Shown here: positions 12,839-25,908 of the stretch, piece after piece
How positions within the stretch are numbered: the stretch's first letter is position 1
How the letters are laid out: the number at the start of each line of letters is the position of its first letter
Source: Eledone cirrhosa
Lineage: Eukaryota
NCBI GenBank assembly: GCA_964016885.1
Contig: OZ024740.1
Coordinates: 304,792,001-304,856,000 of the forward strand
Direction of reading: 5' to 3'
Length of the DNA: 64,000 nucleotides
Program-made: the position numbers and the translations under genes
Notes under the pieces: generated by a model
What the model saw: only the letters and a program-made list of their open reading frames with translations
Told to the model about the DNA's origin: nothing
Database searches by the model: none

Positions 12839-14743
12839 ATATATATATATGATGGAGAATTAACGTTGTTTAGATTGTTGCTAGTTCTTACACTGATGCT
12901 AGAGTTGCCTCTAAGCAATTTAACAAGCAGTATTTCAGAATGAAATGTTGGTATAAAAGAGTGATATGCCACTTCTTCATGAGAGAAGTGGAATAACAAT
13001 TTGATGTGTGTTTTGTTTAAGATCTTCAAATTTGTTATTTTATTTTTATGATATTTTTTAATAAATTTCTTTATGATAAAGCTGAGTCAGTTATGCCGTT
13101 AATTAAATATCTTTCATGTATATGTAATGGCAGAATGAAAGAGCCTCTTGAGTAAACAAACCTAACTCCAAGCCAACAACATAGTTTGTATGTGGTTGCT
13201 CAATCTGCTTGAAATAACAGCCAAAGTTTCCTCAAATTATATCTTACCATATAGGGTAAGGGTTTATTATTGTTGTCATTGTCGCTTTAACATCCACTTT
13301 GCTTGCTAGCAGGGTTGGACAGGGTCTTCATAGACCAAGTCAGTACTGAAGCAGAGCAAACTCCTAATTTTACATATTAAAGTTGGCTTGGCACAAGTAA
13401 TTAGAATTGAAAGGTTATGCATACAGTTATTAAATTAAAACAATCTAACCATCTTCATTTTACGTCCACTTTCCACACTGATATGTGTTGGATGGGTTGT
13501 CACAGTCCGAGATCTGACATTTGAGGAATTTTGCCACAGCAAGGACATTAAATACATTTTTCTAAAAATATAGATCTTGTTGTCAAAGGGATAAAATTAA
13601 AAAGCCCAGCATAAGACATAAATAAAATGTTAAGGCATTAAATATGGCCCTACATATATTCCTGTACGTTACCAAGTACTCAAACAGGCTGGAGCCCACA
13701 TTTTGCTTACATATCATCTTGTGCTCTACCAAGTGTATTTTATCATGGCACCATCTCTAAGAAGGTTGTTATGTTTTTGACACAACTGAAAAGTCCTCCT
13801 GAACCTTTGCTTGACAGGTTTTCTATGGATGGATACCTTTTCTAACAGCAACCACTTTACAGATTGTACTGGGTGCACTTATCATGTAGATCACCAGCAT
13901 TAGGGAGGTTCTTATATCTTTGACACCACTGAAGAATCCTGCAAACTCTTTGTTTGGCAAGCTTTAGGGTGTCTAAAGTAGTTCTTGACACAGGATATGT
14001 GAATGAAATATGAAATGGTCATAGAAGATCACTTCAATCAAGGCTGACTTAGAGCTAAACAACAACAACATTAACAACTCTAAAATCATCATTGCTTTTT
14101 AGAGAGCCAGGGTCATGCTATCCTATGTTACAAACCAGTCATTTATCACTTGGGAACTTCAGCAAAAACATTGTTGCTTCATTATGCATCAACAAAGTCT
14201 TTGACCAGGTTAAGAACTTCTTAGCTAAGTTGTTCGCTTATAGCTTACATCTATCTCTCATCCCTTCAACTGGAAGCATCCTGTCAAATTGCAGCATTGC
14301 TATCAAAGACCTCCTTTCCAACACTCATTCTATCAACTTTGTTGAACCCCAACATTCAGTTATATCTCCCACATCCTCCCTTCTGCAATTTAATGACTTA
14401 CTTATTGTCATGTTAACAACAGACACGCATTCCATCCTGGCATTGAGCCTGTGAGGAACTGAAGACAGACACAACATCTGCCTTCAAGAAACCACTGGTA
14501 AAGGAAATAATTATATTATGTTGTTTATTACATAACTAAATATATAATATATATATATGTGCCAATATAAGAAATTACTATTCAGTGAAAGTCACATTTG
14601 AAGTTGTTTATCTGACCAGTTGCAACCATTAGTCATAAACTAGCAATGTTAAACACTTTAGAACAGAGTTAGTTGCCACTTCAGGTAGTTTCGTATCAAA
14701 AGGGTTAATGTTGATATTGTCAATATTGATTTTATCATTGGGA

Positions 14744-15192
14744 ATATGGTCAGCAGAAGATATAAAATAATTAGGATTATATTCATTGGGGAAAACGAGA
14801 AGAATGGTGAAAGTTCTATTAGATAAATGACATTCCTAGTAGAGACTCTTCTTAGAAGAGGAGATAACCATAATGAAAGGATGTGAATTACTATAAAGAT
14901 GTGCCCTTTAGTTAAAAAGTGAAGAAAGTTTAGCAAAGCAAGCAGCATAGAAGAATTTATAGAATAAAAATGAAGAAGTTATGTTCAGGCAATATGAGGG
15001 GAGTTGACTAAAGGGCACATCTTTCTAGTAATTCACATCCTTTTATTATGGTTATCTCCTCTTCTAAGAAGAGTCTCTACTTAAGAAAGTTCTTGCTAGG
15101 AATGTCATTTATCTTATAGAACTTTCACCAATTTTTCTCGTTTTTCCCAATGAATATAATCCTAATTATTTTATATCTTCTGCTGGCCATAT
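14744..15192. repeat. Fold-back element with ~170-190-bp inverted arms and an ~88-bp spacer
   Basis: 14744-14915 is the reverse complement of 15004-15192 apart from one indel and scattered mismatches. Confidence 0.85.
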
Positions 15193-15774
15193 AGCTGCCA
15201 TAATAGGACCAAATATGCTAGAAACATGCTTTGGTATTCATACAAGAAGAAAAAGAACACTAGCAGAGGCACCAACCTAAATCTAAAATATGAAAATTAG
15301 ATGACTTAGGAATAACAGCATTATCATCATCATTTTTACATCCATTTGTCCTTGCTTGCATGGGTTGGACAGGTCCTTCTCAGCATGGCATCTCTCCACT
15401 TCATGCGTTTCTGTCATCTCCACTGGCATTTCCTTGCACTTCTTCACCCATCAGATGTATAAATAGGAATATCATCAAACCTCCCCCATATTGGTTAAAA
15501 GAGAGAAGCTTAGTTTTTGTGGAGTTGAAAATAAACACTGAGCATGGTGGTCCATAGGTGTGCTAGAAATAGCAGCTAAAGTTAATTAAAAGCATTTCGA
15601 AGATCTTACGCTATTGTTTTAGAGTAGTGACAGTCTCACTTACTTTAATTTTCAGCAAACAGGGGAGATATTTCTGCTTGACCGGCAACCGCTCTGTATA
15701 ATCAGTTCTTGATTATTACTAGAATTCTATAAGAATCAAACATTTATGATTTTCAGCAAACAGGCAGAGTACTT

Positions 15775-15819
15775 AGCTTTGATAAGCCCCAAAAAGTGCG
15801 AAACAGAGCTCTGTTAGCT
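15775..15819 (+). ncRNA. Type I hammerhead ribozyme, U3-A8 variant (copy 1)
   Basis: agct-UUGAUAA-gccc(caaaaa)gugc-GAAA-cagagcucug-UU-agct. Helix III is palindromic and the cleavage triplet is GUU. Confidence 0.7.
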
Positions 15820-16093
15820 TTATCTCCCCTGTTTGCTGAAAATTAAAGTAAGTGAGACTGTCACTACTCTAAAACAATAGCGTAAGGTCTTCGAAATGCT
15901 TTTAATTAAGCATACAGTGTATTGCAAAATACACTATATATACATTCATATATATATCGCTATTTCAGAGCACCAATTCTAATTTTCAATTTCTGCTTGA
16001 CCGGCAACCGCTCTGTATAATCAGTTCCTGATTATTACTAGAATTCTATAAGAATCAAACATTCATGATTTTCAGCAAACAGGTGGAGTACTT

Positions 16094-16138
16094 AGCTTTG
16101 ATAAGCACCAAAAAGTGCGAAACAGGGCTCTGTCAGCT
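16094..16138 (+). ncRNA. Type I hammerhead ribozyme, U3-A8 variant (copy 2)
   Basis: agct-UUGAUAA-gcac(caaaaa)gugc-GAAA-cagggcucug-UC-agct. Stem II is perfect and the cleavage triplet is GUC. Confidence 0.8.
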
Positions 16139-16284
16139 TTACCTCCCCTGTTTGCTGAAAATTAAAGTAAGTGAGACTGTCACTACTCTAAAACAATAGC
16201 GTAAGGTCTTCGAAATGCTTTTAATTAAGCATACAGTGTATTGCAAGATACACTATATATACATTCATATATATATATATTTGA

Positions 16285-16333
<49 letters not shown>

Positions 16334-16361
16334 TATATGTGTGTGTGTGTATATGTATATA

Positions 16362-17494
16362 CTAGCTGGCCTGTCCGGCTGACGCCTGGCTAGGTATACC
16401 GGCATTTTATCTTTTCAGGAATCCCCCCTCCACTCCAGTGCAAAGATACCGCACTCCCTCTCAAATCACCGAGGTGTGGGGGCGGTTAACGTGCTCTGAT
16501 GTTGGGTTTGAATAGTTAAAAATCGGACTCAGTTTTGCAAGGACCTGTATGGCACACTGATGCTGTAATGCAATGTGGATGCAAATAGCTTGTGAACTCA
16601 TCTGCTCCAATCTGGCTTGTTCTGTTTGTGTTGCTCTCCTGCCTTCTGCACGGGACCTCAGTTGCTGAAGGCGTGACTGGCACTGCTCTTGAGACTGGGC
16701 TAAATGAATGGCTCTCGCTTGAGTCTTCATCTGCTGAAGGTGACGTTCATGATCATCTTCAGACTCTTTGCTCTAGTAACATTTTTTCTTCTGGAAAATC
16801 TGATCTTCCGGCCAGGCTGGGACTTTTTGGGTGGCATATTGGCAGTAACGATGACGATAAGCCGTCTGTGCTTTCGTGAAATAAATAGGTTTCTTTATAT
16901 TTTGTTTTTGTGTATGCAAAAATATCTGTACCCGAATATATATACTAAAATAACAGATTAAAGTTTAAGCAAAGAATCGCTGCTTTCACCCTTTACGGGA
17001 TCTTCTGAAACTAAAAAAATCAATCTGTGAACTCAGAAGTAAATATTTTGAAAACGTTATCTATTGCAGACAGCCAGACATACAGAGACATATTATAAGG
17101 GCACGAGGTTATAGGTATGTATCTATCAAAAAAGACAGACTAAGAAAAAGAGAGGAATGTTGTGCGACGTCATAGCTATGTATCTAATGCAGACAGCCAG
17201 ATATACAGAGATGTATTATAAGGGCGCGACGTTATAGCTATATATCTATCTAAAAAGACAGACTAAGAAAGAGTGAGGAATGTTGTATAACCGGAAGTGT
17301 TGACATTTGAAATTTTAAAGAAGTGAATATTTAAATAATGTCTTTAATCTTTTAACAAAATTCAGTAGACAAAAATACCCTCACTTTTTTACTTGGAAAA
17401 AGTTACATCTATGGTGCAAATTTGGTACTGTTTGGTCCAGCCGTTTAGCGAAAAGTTTGTTACATACATACGGCCGTCAGCTTTATATTATAGA
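16362..17494 (-). mobile_element. Non-autonomous Helitron with a RepHel N-terminal remnant
   Basis: Minus strand: A|TCTATAATATAAAGCTGA...(gtat)n 5' end, then a GC hairpin and CTAG|T 3' end. Frameshifted MPPKKSQPGRK...SQEQCQSRLQQLRSRAEGRRATQTEQARL starts at 16837. Confidence 0.75.
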
Positions 17495-17664
17495 TATATA
17501 TAATACAATAAAGAGGCACAAGCGCAGATATATACATATATGCTTTCAAATCACAAGGGACGTAAACCGCCAGGGTGAAGAAAATACTGACTAAAGATAA
17601 TATGGTTCATAAGACTCAATTAAAAGAATAAATTAAGATTTACAAACCGATTATGATAACTATC

Positions 17665-17744
17665 AACATCCAGACAGCTTTAGGTAGAACTGTTTCACAA
17701 ATCAGTGGAGAGAGCTAAAGATCCCATGCTCTTCAGTGGATATT
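17665..17744 (-). ncRNA. Type I hammerhead ribozyme
   Basis: Minus strand: aatatcca-CUGAAGA-gca...ugu-GAAA-caguu(cuaccuaa)agcug-UC-tggatgtt, with an 8-bp stem I and a GUC site. Confidence 0.75.
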
Positions 17745-18040
17745 TGGATCAGTAATCACTCCACTACTAATTTCCTTAGAAGACTAAATAATGCGCGTTT
17801 GTTAAGAGAGAGAAAATGCACATGGTATCGTGTGCCTAGAAAGTCTAATAGAACGTAAGCTACTAAAAAATAGTAGCCACATCCATTCAACATATTAAAA
17901 GCTCAACAAAAGCGGAGGAACTCAATTTATCAAAAGTATATATTGAGTTAAAAACTCACATTAGTCCCTTATAATCAAAGTAGCCCAAGGAAAAAAATTT
18001 CCGAGCCTTATAATACAATATATACTTTTGATATATATAT

Positions 18041-19852
18041 ATCATCATCATCATCATCATCATCATCGTTTAACGTCCATTTTCCACGCTAGCATGGGTC
18101 TGGACGGGAATTGTCTCATTTGAGGCAAGATTGGTTATCTTGCTCAGGACTGTCTGGCGGGTTTTCTATGGCTGGATGCCCTTCCTAACACCAACCACGT
18201 TTACAGTGTGGACTGGGAGGTTTTTACCGTATTACCTACATGGCCACATTACAGCGTGGACTGTGTGTTTTTTTGTCGTGACACCTACACGACCCCATTT
18301 ATTTTGGACTGGATATTGTGGTACCAACATAGCTTTACATCGAAAGGGGTGGTGTAGATGGCGGTGGGGGTAGGGTTAGTGGGGCGGGGGTGTATTTTGA
18401 TTAAGAGGTGCCTACTGACTGTAGGTTTTGCTTTGTACTTAGGCAAGGTGGGTCTTCTGTATTACTACGTAGCGCCAAAGATCTCGGTCCAGTGACATTG
18501 TCTTGGAGAGGTGTAAGTGTGTGAGGTCGAATTTTATCAAGTCCTCCCAGGTTTTTCTGGGTCTGCCTACTCCGTAGCTACTGTCTATTTTGATCGCCCT
18601 GCACTTTTTTATACAGCTGTCATCTTTCATGCGCATCACGTGACCATACCAACGTAGTCTTCTCTCGAGTAAACAACATCTGATCCCTCTTATTCCTAAT
18701 TTCTCACTTGGTTCATTTATGCTTTGCCGTCGCGTATATTACTATTACACATCCAGCGGAGCATGCAAGCTTCGTTCCTCTCCAGTCTGCATAGATCCTC
18801 TGCATACAAGGCCCATGTCTCACTGCCATGTAACATCGCTGTTCGTATGCAGGCATCATACAGCCTGCCTTTTATTTTTAGAGAGAAACCTTTAGTGGCC
18901 AATAGTGGTTTAAGCTCTCTGAACTTTTTCCATCCCGTTCGGACTCTAGCTACAGTACTTTCGGAGCACCCTCCACCACTGCTGATTTTGTCACCCAGGT
19001 AATGGAAGGTGTCCACTATTTCTAGCTTACCTGTGATCCTACTACATCTTTTATGCACCCATACTTTGCATTTGGGACATAAAATGGAGTTTCTGCCTAC
19101 TCCTTTCCTACACACAGAGCATGGCCATTTCCCAGATGGGACCAGTACCCTATTCTCCTTCCTACATATTAGGACTTTAGTCTTAGACAAGTTAACTTTA
19201 AGGCCTTTTGATTCTAGGCCATGCTTCCATGTTTGAAATTTCTTCTCTAGTTCAGCCATTGATTCGGCTATGAGCGTTAGATCATCTGCGTATAGAAGTT
19301 CCTATGGGCAGCCGGTCTTGAACTCCTCCATTATAGCTTGGAGGGTGATAATAAATAGGGGGGGCTAAGGACGGAGCCCTGATGAACACCAACTTTTACG
19401 CTAAACTCTTCACTATATTCGTTGTTAATTCTAACCTTGCTGACTGTTTCTTTATACATGGCTTGTATAGCTCTCACAAGCCATTCATCTACACCTAGTT
19501 TTCTAAGGGCCCACCAAGTCAACAAAAGCTAAGTAGAGGGGTTTACTTTTAGCTAGGTACTTCTCCTGTAGTTGTCGTACAATGAAAAGAGCATCTGTGG
19601 TACTTTTACCTGACACAAACCCGAACTGCATTTCATCTAGATCAATTCTCTCTCGGATTAGTTGCGCTATAACTCTTTCTGTGATCTTATGACCTGGTCG
19701 ATTAATTTAATGCCTCTATAGTTTCCCCTATCTAGGGCGTCTCCTTTACCCTTGTAGCAGTTAATGATGCTGCTGCTATGCCAGTCCTTTGGAATGACCC
19801 CATTCTGTATAACTTGGTTTACTATCCGGGTGACCATGGTGTGTCCCACCAT
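18041..19852 (-). mobile_element. RTE LINE family A, 5'-truncated and internally deleted
   Basis: RT fragments (VGVHQGSVLSP, LLYADD), partial PHD finger, MLHGSETW, 3' UTR and (GAT)n tail. Confidence 0.95.
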
Positions 19853-19973
19853 AGTCTGTCCAGATATATATAAAGCATTTGAAACTATGGTAATCCCTAG
19901 AAAGACAGCTGTTGAGCGGGAGTTGTCCACTTTTCTCTTCCTCCCTTTCTTTTTCTTATATTTCTTCCACATG

Positions 19974-20007
<34 letters not shown>

Positions 20008-20010
<3 letters not shown>

Positions 20011-20147
20011 TCATCATCATTTAACGTCCATCTTCCACGCTAGCATGGGTTTGGACAGGAATTTTCCCACTTGAGGCAAGATTGGTTGTCTTGCTCATAT
20101 AGGACTGTCTGTCTGGATGCCCTTCCTAACACCAACCACGTTTACAG
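20008..20147 (-). mobile_element. RTE family A, short 3' UTR fragment between (TA)n and (TG)/(GA)n
   Basis: (cat)n-ttaacgtccatcttccacgctagcatggg...cttcctaacaccaacc. Confidence 0.85.
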
Positions 20148-20154
20148 TATATAT

Positions 20155-20176
20155 GTGTGTGTGTGTGTGTGTGTGT

Positions 20177-20262
<86 letters not shown>

Positions 20263-20283
20263 AAGAGAGAGAGAGAGAGAGAG
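20155..20283. repeat. (TG)n-(GA)n microsatellite
   Basis: Direct inspection. Confidence 0.95.
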
Positions 20284-20764
20284 TATAAAGGACAGATTGT
20301 GTGATACTGAGGTATGAAATATGATGCCGTATATGAGACATTGGCCTTGAATGTAATAGACTTGTTCTTCTCGGTGTATAATGTTAATTCCAATGAAGGA
20401 CTATATACAAATGATCTGAAAGAAGAGACTGTACTGGTATGGCATGTGAAACTTATGGGGACTGTCTGCTTGGAGTGGACGAAACCTGGAGAAGAAGACC
20501 TATACAAACTTGGATTAAATCTGTGATGCTAAACTTCATTTTCAAGTTGGTGTTTGGAGTACATCAACATTTTCTGACAGATGGAAAGTTTAAATTTAAA
20601 TAATTTGGATTGATAAAATAAGTTGTTTAAAACCTAAAGTTCATAAAAGATATAAATGTATACTCAATATCCCTGAGATGAGACTGTTTGCCCTGAGATA
20701 TGAATGATATAACCATTATGCAATATAGAAGAAATAAACCATATAACAACAACAACAACGTCGT

Positions 20765-21120
20765 CATCGTTTAATGTCTGTTTTCCACGCTAGCATGGAT
20801 TAGATGAGTTGTCCTATTGTGAGACAAGTCAGATCAGATGACCATGTCTTATTCATACAGAACTGATTCTGGGTTGGTTTCTACAGCTGGATGCCCTTCC
20901 TAATGCAAACCACATTTACTGTGTGGACTGAATACTTTCTTTTTATCGTGACACCTACATGAGCACTTTACAGTGTGGACTGGGCTCTTTTTGTTGTAAC
21001 ACCTACATGACCACTTTTCAGTGTGGAGTGGCTGCTTGTTTTCATGACACCCACACGACCACTTTACAGTGTTGACTGGGGGCTTTTTATCTTGACACCT
21101 ACACTGGGGTCTGGAGTGGG
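20765..21120 (-). mobile_element. Older RTE 3' UTR copy with internal ~40-bp repeats
   Basis: ttccacgctagcatggattag tail motif and repeated tttacagtgtggactggg...gacacctaca units. Confidence 0.7.
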
Positions 21121-21875
21121 CGTGCATGGGGATTGGAGAGATAGATCTAGTGAGGGTGTATGGATGAAGGGTAGGGTGTTATGACATGGGGAAGTAAGAC
21201 AAAGTAGTTTCCTTGTTAAATGTCAAGACTGATACAAAAAAAAAAAAAGAAAGAGAAGATGAATATTTTACATGTTGAGTTTTCTTAGCTGTAAAACCTG
21301 GTGGCAAGATTATATTTTATCAATGCTATAAGATGGGAAGTCATGCCAGTAATCTAGATACCCAGAATACTCCAGAAACCAACAAATGGAAAAAATGTGA
21401 TAAAACAGATATTATTCTGAGAAATAGAATAGGTTATTATTTATAGCACACCATGTAGTAGACAGAAGATAGAGGCTAATTTTCTGTTAACAACATATAA
21501 AAGAAAATTCTGTATTTGAAAGAAATTTTAATGTGAGGTACATCATTACTGATTATTCCATGACCTAATTTATTTTATGTAATAAAAGTAGGAAACATTA
21601 TTTGAAGATGTTCCAAGCAAGAAGATAAAAAGAAAGAAAGAGGAAAAGGAAAAAAAGAAAAAAAAGATATCAAAACTTGGTGAAATAAACATTCTATATT
21701 TATAATCTTTTTCTGATAAAATTTTCTCAACAAACTATTTCTCCATTAATTGAAAATTGAAAAATATCATAAAATAATTCCTCTCTGCCAATGAAGGTTC
21801 TCAGTATTAAAGTGAATTAGAAATAATTATGCAGTAATTACTTTTATTATTTTTATTATTTTGGCAAGTATAGAG

Positions 21876-22097
21876 GGCGGTGGATTGGCAGTAATCGGTA
21901 GAGCGTCAGACAACATACTTTGCAGCATAGAGTTACGTCCCTTTACGTTCTGAGTTCAAATCCTGCCGAGTTCAGCTTTGCCTTTCATCCTTACGGGGTT
22001 GATAAAATAAAGTACCAGTAATGCACTGGGGTCAATTTAATCAACTTTCCCTTCCATAAAAAATATTTGGCCTTGTGCCTAAATCAGAAACCATTAT
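21876..22097 (+). mobile_element. tRNA-derived SINE (family 1)
   Basis: Homologous to 7449-7632, with A and B boxes. Confidence 0.85.
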
Positions 22098-22304
22098 TTT
22101 GGCAAGTATAGGAGACAAAGGCAGATCTGTTTCAGCTTTAAAATTTCTTAGTCTATCATTGTCATCAAATTGTGCATCACAGCCAACAGTCAAGATTTTT
22201 GGTTTCTTGCCAAAGGGAAATCATCAAAACTCCAGTAAAACTTTGCTCCATTCCACCAATCTCAACACCATATCTACAGACAATGTTACCCTGAGTTAGC
22301 CTGT

Positions 22305-22348
22305 CATCACCATCATCATCATCATCATGATCACCACCACCACCCCAC

Positions 22349-22385
<37 letters not shown>

Positions 22386-22386
22386 G

Positions 22387-22444
<58 letters not shown>

Positions 22445-22860
22445 TTTTACGTCCGTTTTCCCACGCTCGCATGGGTTAACTGGGTCCTTCTCAGCACAGC
22501 ATCTCTCCACTTGCTGTGTTCCTTTGTCATCTCCATTGTGAGTCTCAGCAATTTGAGGTCAGCTCTCACAACCTCTGTCCAGGTCTTTCTTGGTCTACCT
22601 CTACTGCAACTTTCCTCCACTGGCATTTATTGGCACTTCTTCACCCAACGATCATTATTCATGCACATCACATGTCTGGACCAACAGAGTCTTCTCTCCT
22701 GCACACTAGCTCAGATTCCTCTTAAACCCTATTTCTCCTTCAGTTCATCCAAGCTCTGCCTTTCTCTCACAATTACATTGCACATCCAACGAAGCATAGC
22801 TGCTTCATTTCTCTCCTGTCTACACATGTCTTCTGCAGTCACTGCTCATGTTTCACCTGT
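22305..22860 (-). mobile_element. (CAT)n tail plus older RTE 3' end
   Basis: Long (cat)n, then tttacgtccgttttccc..gcatgggtt, then minus-strand ENEAAMLRWMCN and RGRPRKTW remnants. Confidence 0.75.
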
Positions 22861-24869
22861 ATTCTTGTCAAACTCATACATCTGTTTATCTCTGCCACGA
22901 TATATCCAGATCTTTGGAAACATATTACATTGTATCCCACCAAAAAAGGTCAACATCTCTCAACTGGCCAACTATCAACTTATATTTCTTACTTCCAGTA
23001 AAGTCATCAATATCACAATGTGTTCCTCACTCTCCCCACAACTAAAATATATAAGCTGCACACACCTTAAGGAAATTATCTTAATTTCACCATCCCTTAT
23101 TTTAGACAGCACATACTTAAAACCGTCAACGTTGTTACAAATGCTAAGCCTCACAATTGCTGATGGTCTCTTCCCGTGTTTTCATAACAGCAAAAACTGC
23201 ATCCCACAGAAAATGCTTCAACTCTAGAGCTGCAGATTCTCTTTAACCTGTTGACTGCCGTATATATTTTACACAGCTACAGTTGTTGTGCTGGTTTTTT
23301 TTTTTTCAGTAAAATGACTATTTTTTAAAACAAACATTTATTAACAACACATATCTGAATGATTGACAACAGTCACATCAATAAATTAGTAACCCCATCT
23401 AGCTTTGAAGTTATGAACTGTTGGAAACAAGTTCATAACTTTGAAGTTATGACAGTTGGAAAAGAGTTCAAACATGTTAGGACAAGTTATATCGGCTGCA
23501 GCACTGAAGAGGTTAAAGTTCATGAGAGACTCACAATGGAATACTGCTCCCACATCCAGCATGATACTGCTACTGTTACATACACACACTCACACAAACA
23601 TCCTAAATAACACCCTAAAGAGAGCCATCCAGTTGACTGACAGTCTTAATCACCAACACACTTTAACCTCTAGTCCATAGATGTGCTGTTACTTCATGCT
23701 GCCTCTTCTACCGGCTTTTCTCTTCATGCTCTTGGCTCCCAAATAATATGGGTGGGGTAGAATAAGTGGGTGGCTGGAATAAGTAGGAGTTGAAATAAGC
23801 GGACTGTCCAGTCAACTATACAGGGGAATATCCAGTCAACTATACAATCTAAAAGCTAAATCAATATTGTAATATTGGACAGTTTCAACAGCAATACTGG
23901 CATTAATTGCTGAATTATATCAGCATTGATCTGTAGAAGTATTGAAATGAAATGGAAATTATTTCCAAATAACTTAAGCCTACCTCAGCATTTATTCACC
24001 ATTTCAAAAACTCAATACTCAAACTTTAGAGCAGACATAATTGAAAGAGACACTAAGCTGTAGGTTGTTGTCCAAATCTTGGATTCCCAAAACAGCTGAA
24101 AAATAAACATTATTCTTCCATCAACACTGATGGCCAGTGATATGGCTAGGTGTTAAACAACTGTTCAAACACTTCGTTGAAGTAACTGCATTTATACAAC
24201 AATCCATCTCAACAAAAAAAGTAATAAAATAATGTATTTTTTTATTTTAAAAAATATTCATGTTTTTAGGATGATGTAATCACATTTAGATTTGTGACTA
24301 ATATATCTAGATGTGTATATTGCTGAAATTTGGCAACCACAATAAATAAAGAGCATCTTAAGTATTGGTTGTAGTAGAGTTTCATCTATATCCCTGTTGG
24401 TGTTAGTCTATGTTGGAAAGGAGAGGATGTTAGTCACCAGAGGGGAGTAAGCATAGATCGAAGAAAAAAAGTAGACCACTACCACCACCATCACCACTTT
24501 CATCTTCTTTGCCTACTTATTCCTGAGTGGGCCGTGGGAGCAGAGCCCTCAAATACTCCTTCCAGGGGATCCTGTCAGAAGCAACCATCTTTAATGAACT
24601 GGTCATAAGGTTATTTACTCTAGTAGATAACACTGTATGCCAATTACTAATTTAATAATTTAATAAGTGAAGGAACACAAGAATATGTAAGGAAAGCAGG
24701 AAGCAAGATGATGAGATGCAGACAGGAAATAATATATATGATAATAACGATAAGTCTTCTCAACAGTATGTGAAGATAGTTTTTTTTTATTTGTGTGTTT
24801 GTGCGTGTGTGTATTACAATGGTTAAATGACATACCTGTGACTTGCTTTGTTAATCCTTGTAAGAAGGA

Positions 24870-25320
24870 TTAGAATACATCTGAGCTGAGCCTTATGGTA
24901 TAGGTCCTGAGCAGATGTGTTGCAGGTCGGAAAGGCTCGACCGAAAGAGAAATAATAGCTAAGAGCTACCTTTGGCGTAGCCGTGCCTGGCCTACTAGGC
25001 AGGCGGCCAAAAGGTGAAAAATGAGAGAGAAGCGTCGGAACGCTCCCTTATATACTGGCCATGGGGAAGTAATTCCAAATAGTTTGGTTCTGGACAGAGA
25101 TGGCGCTAGTCACGACACATCTACAACTGATCAGGTTGGATCCCCAAACACGTCCAGCTGAGCTCATGGATGTTATCCCTCCATCTTGCTTGGTGTCTAC
25201 CCCTGGATCTCCTGCCGGCTGGTTTTGTCCATAAAATCTGTCCAGCAATTCTTTCCTGAGACAGTGTTGGAACTGTGATCTCTTAATTCAGAGAAGTAAC
25301 AGCTCTACCTGGAGCAATTC
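24870..25320 (-). mobile_element. Rex3/Expander-like RTE 3' remnant
   Basis: Reverse complement is homologous to 27660-27775 and 44440-44635 (ggacagatttta...aaaaccagccggcaggagatccagggg). Confidence 0.55.
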
Positions 25321-25689
25321 TCTGATTTCCAAGCTCTGAATTCCAAATTAATTGTTTCTACTTTTTGGCACAAGGCCATCAATTACCCAGTACATTACTG
25401 GTCTGAATTCCAAATTAATGATAGCAAGTTTGTCTCTTACCCCTACATCTTTTCTTCTGATCACTGAATTCTAAAACTGTTTGACAATTTCTGTGTAGGA
25501 ATCAGCCAATCAGTGTGATATTTATGCCATACTGCTGAGAATTTACTATACATTTATTTCATTAAAATATTGATTTTAATTATATAAATATATTTTGCTA
25601 TATATTTTTGAGATGTATTGCCATAATAATAATCTCTAACTCTCTAAATTCTGTCTCACACCAGGAGACTTGTCATGTCGGTGCTTATC

Positions 25690-25908
25690 CCAGTTTCATG
25701 GCATAAAGCGACTGAGAGAACAAGACTCCCACTTGGACAGGACACCAGTCCATCACAGGGTTAAACCCCTGACTATTGCTGGTACTTATTTTCAGCTAAG
25801 TATAATGAAGTGTTTTGCTCAAGAACACAATGCACAACCCAGGAATCAAACCCACAACATTATGACTGTAAGTCTAACACCCTTACCATGAAGCCACATG
25901 CCTCCACC
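25690..25908 (-). mobile_element. tRNA-derived SINE (family 2)
   Basis: Minus strand TGGCTTCATGGT...GGTTTGATTCC, then ttgtgttcttgagcaaaacactt. Related to 58064-58185. Confidence 0.7.

Larger units (their letters stand above)
15582..16270 (+). mobile_element. Penelope-like/retrozyme-like element: inverted 3' end (15582-15670) plus two tandem 319-bp units
   Basis: 15671-15957 repeats at +319. 15582-15670 is the reverse complement of ~15821-15909. Each unit contains a hammerhead fold. Confidence 0.8.

Noticed and set aside
20314-20526. 70-aa ORF as a host exon
   Set aside because: An alternative frame gives RLYWYG-like RTE C-terminal remnants
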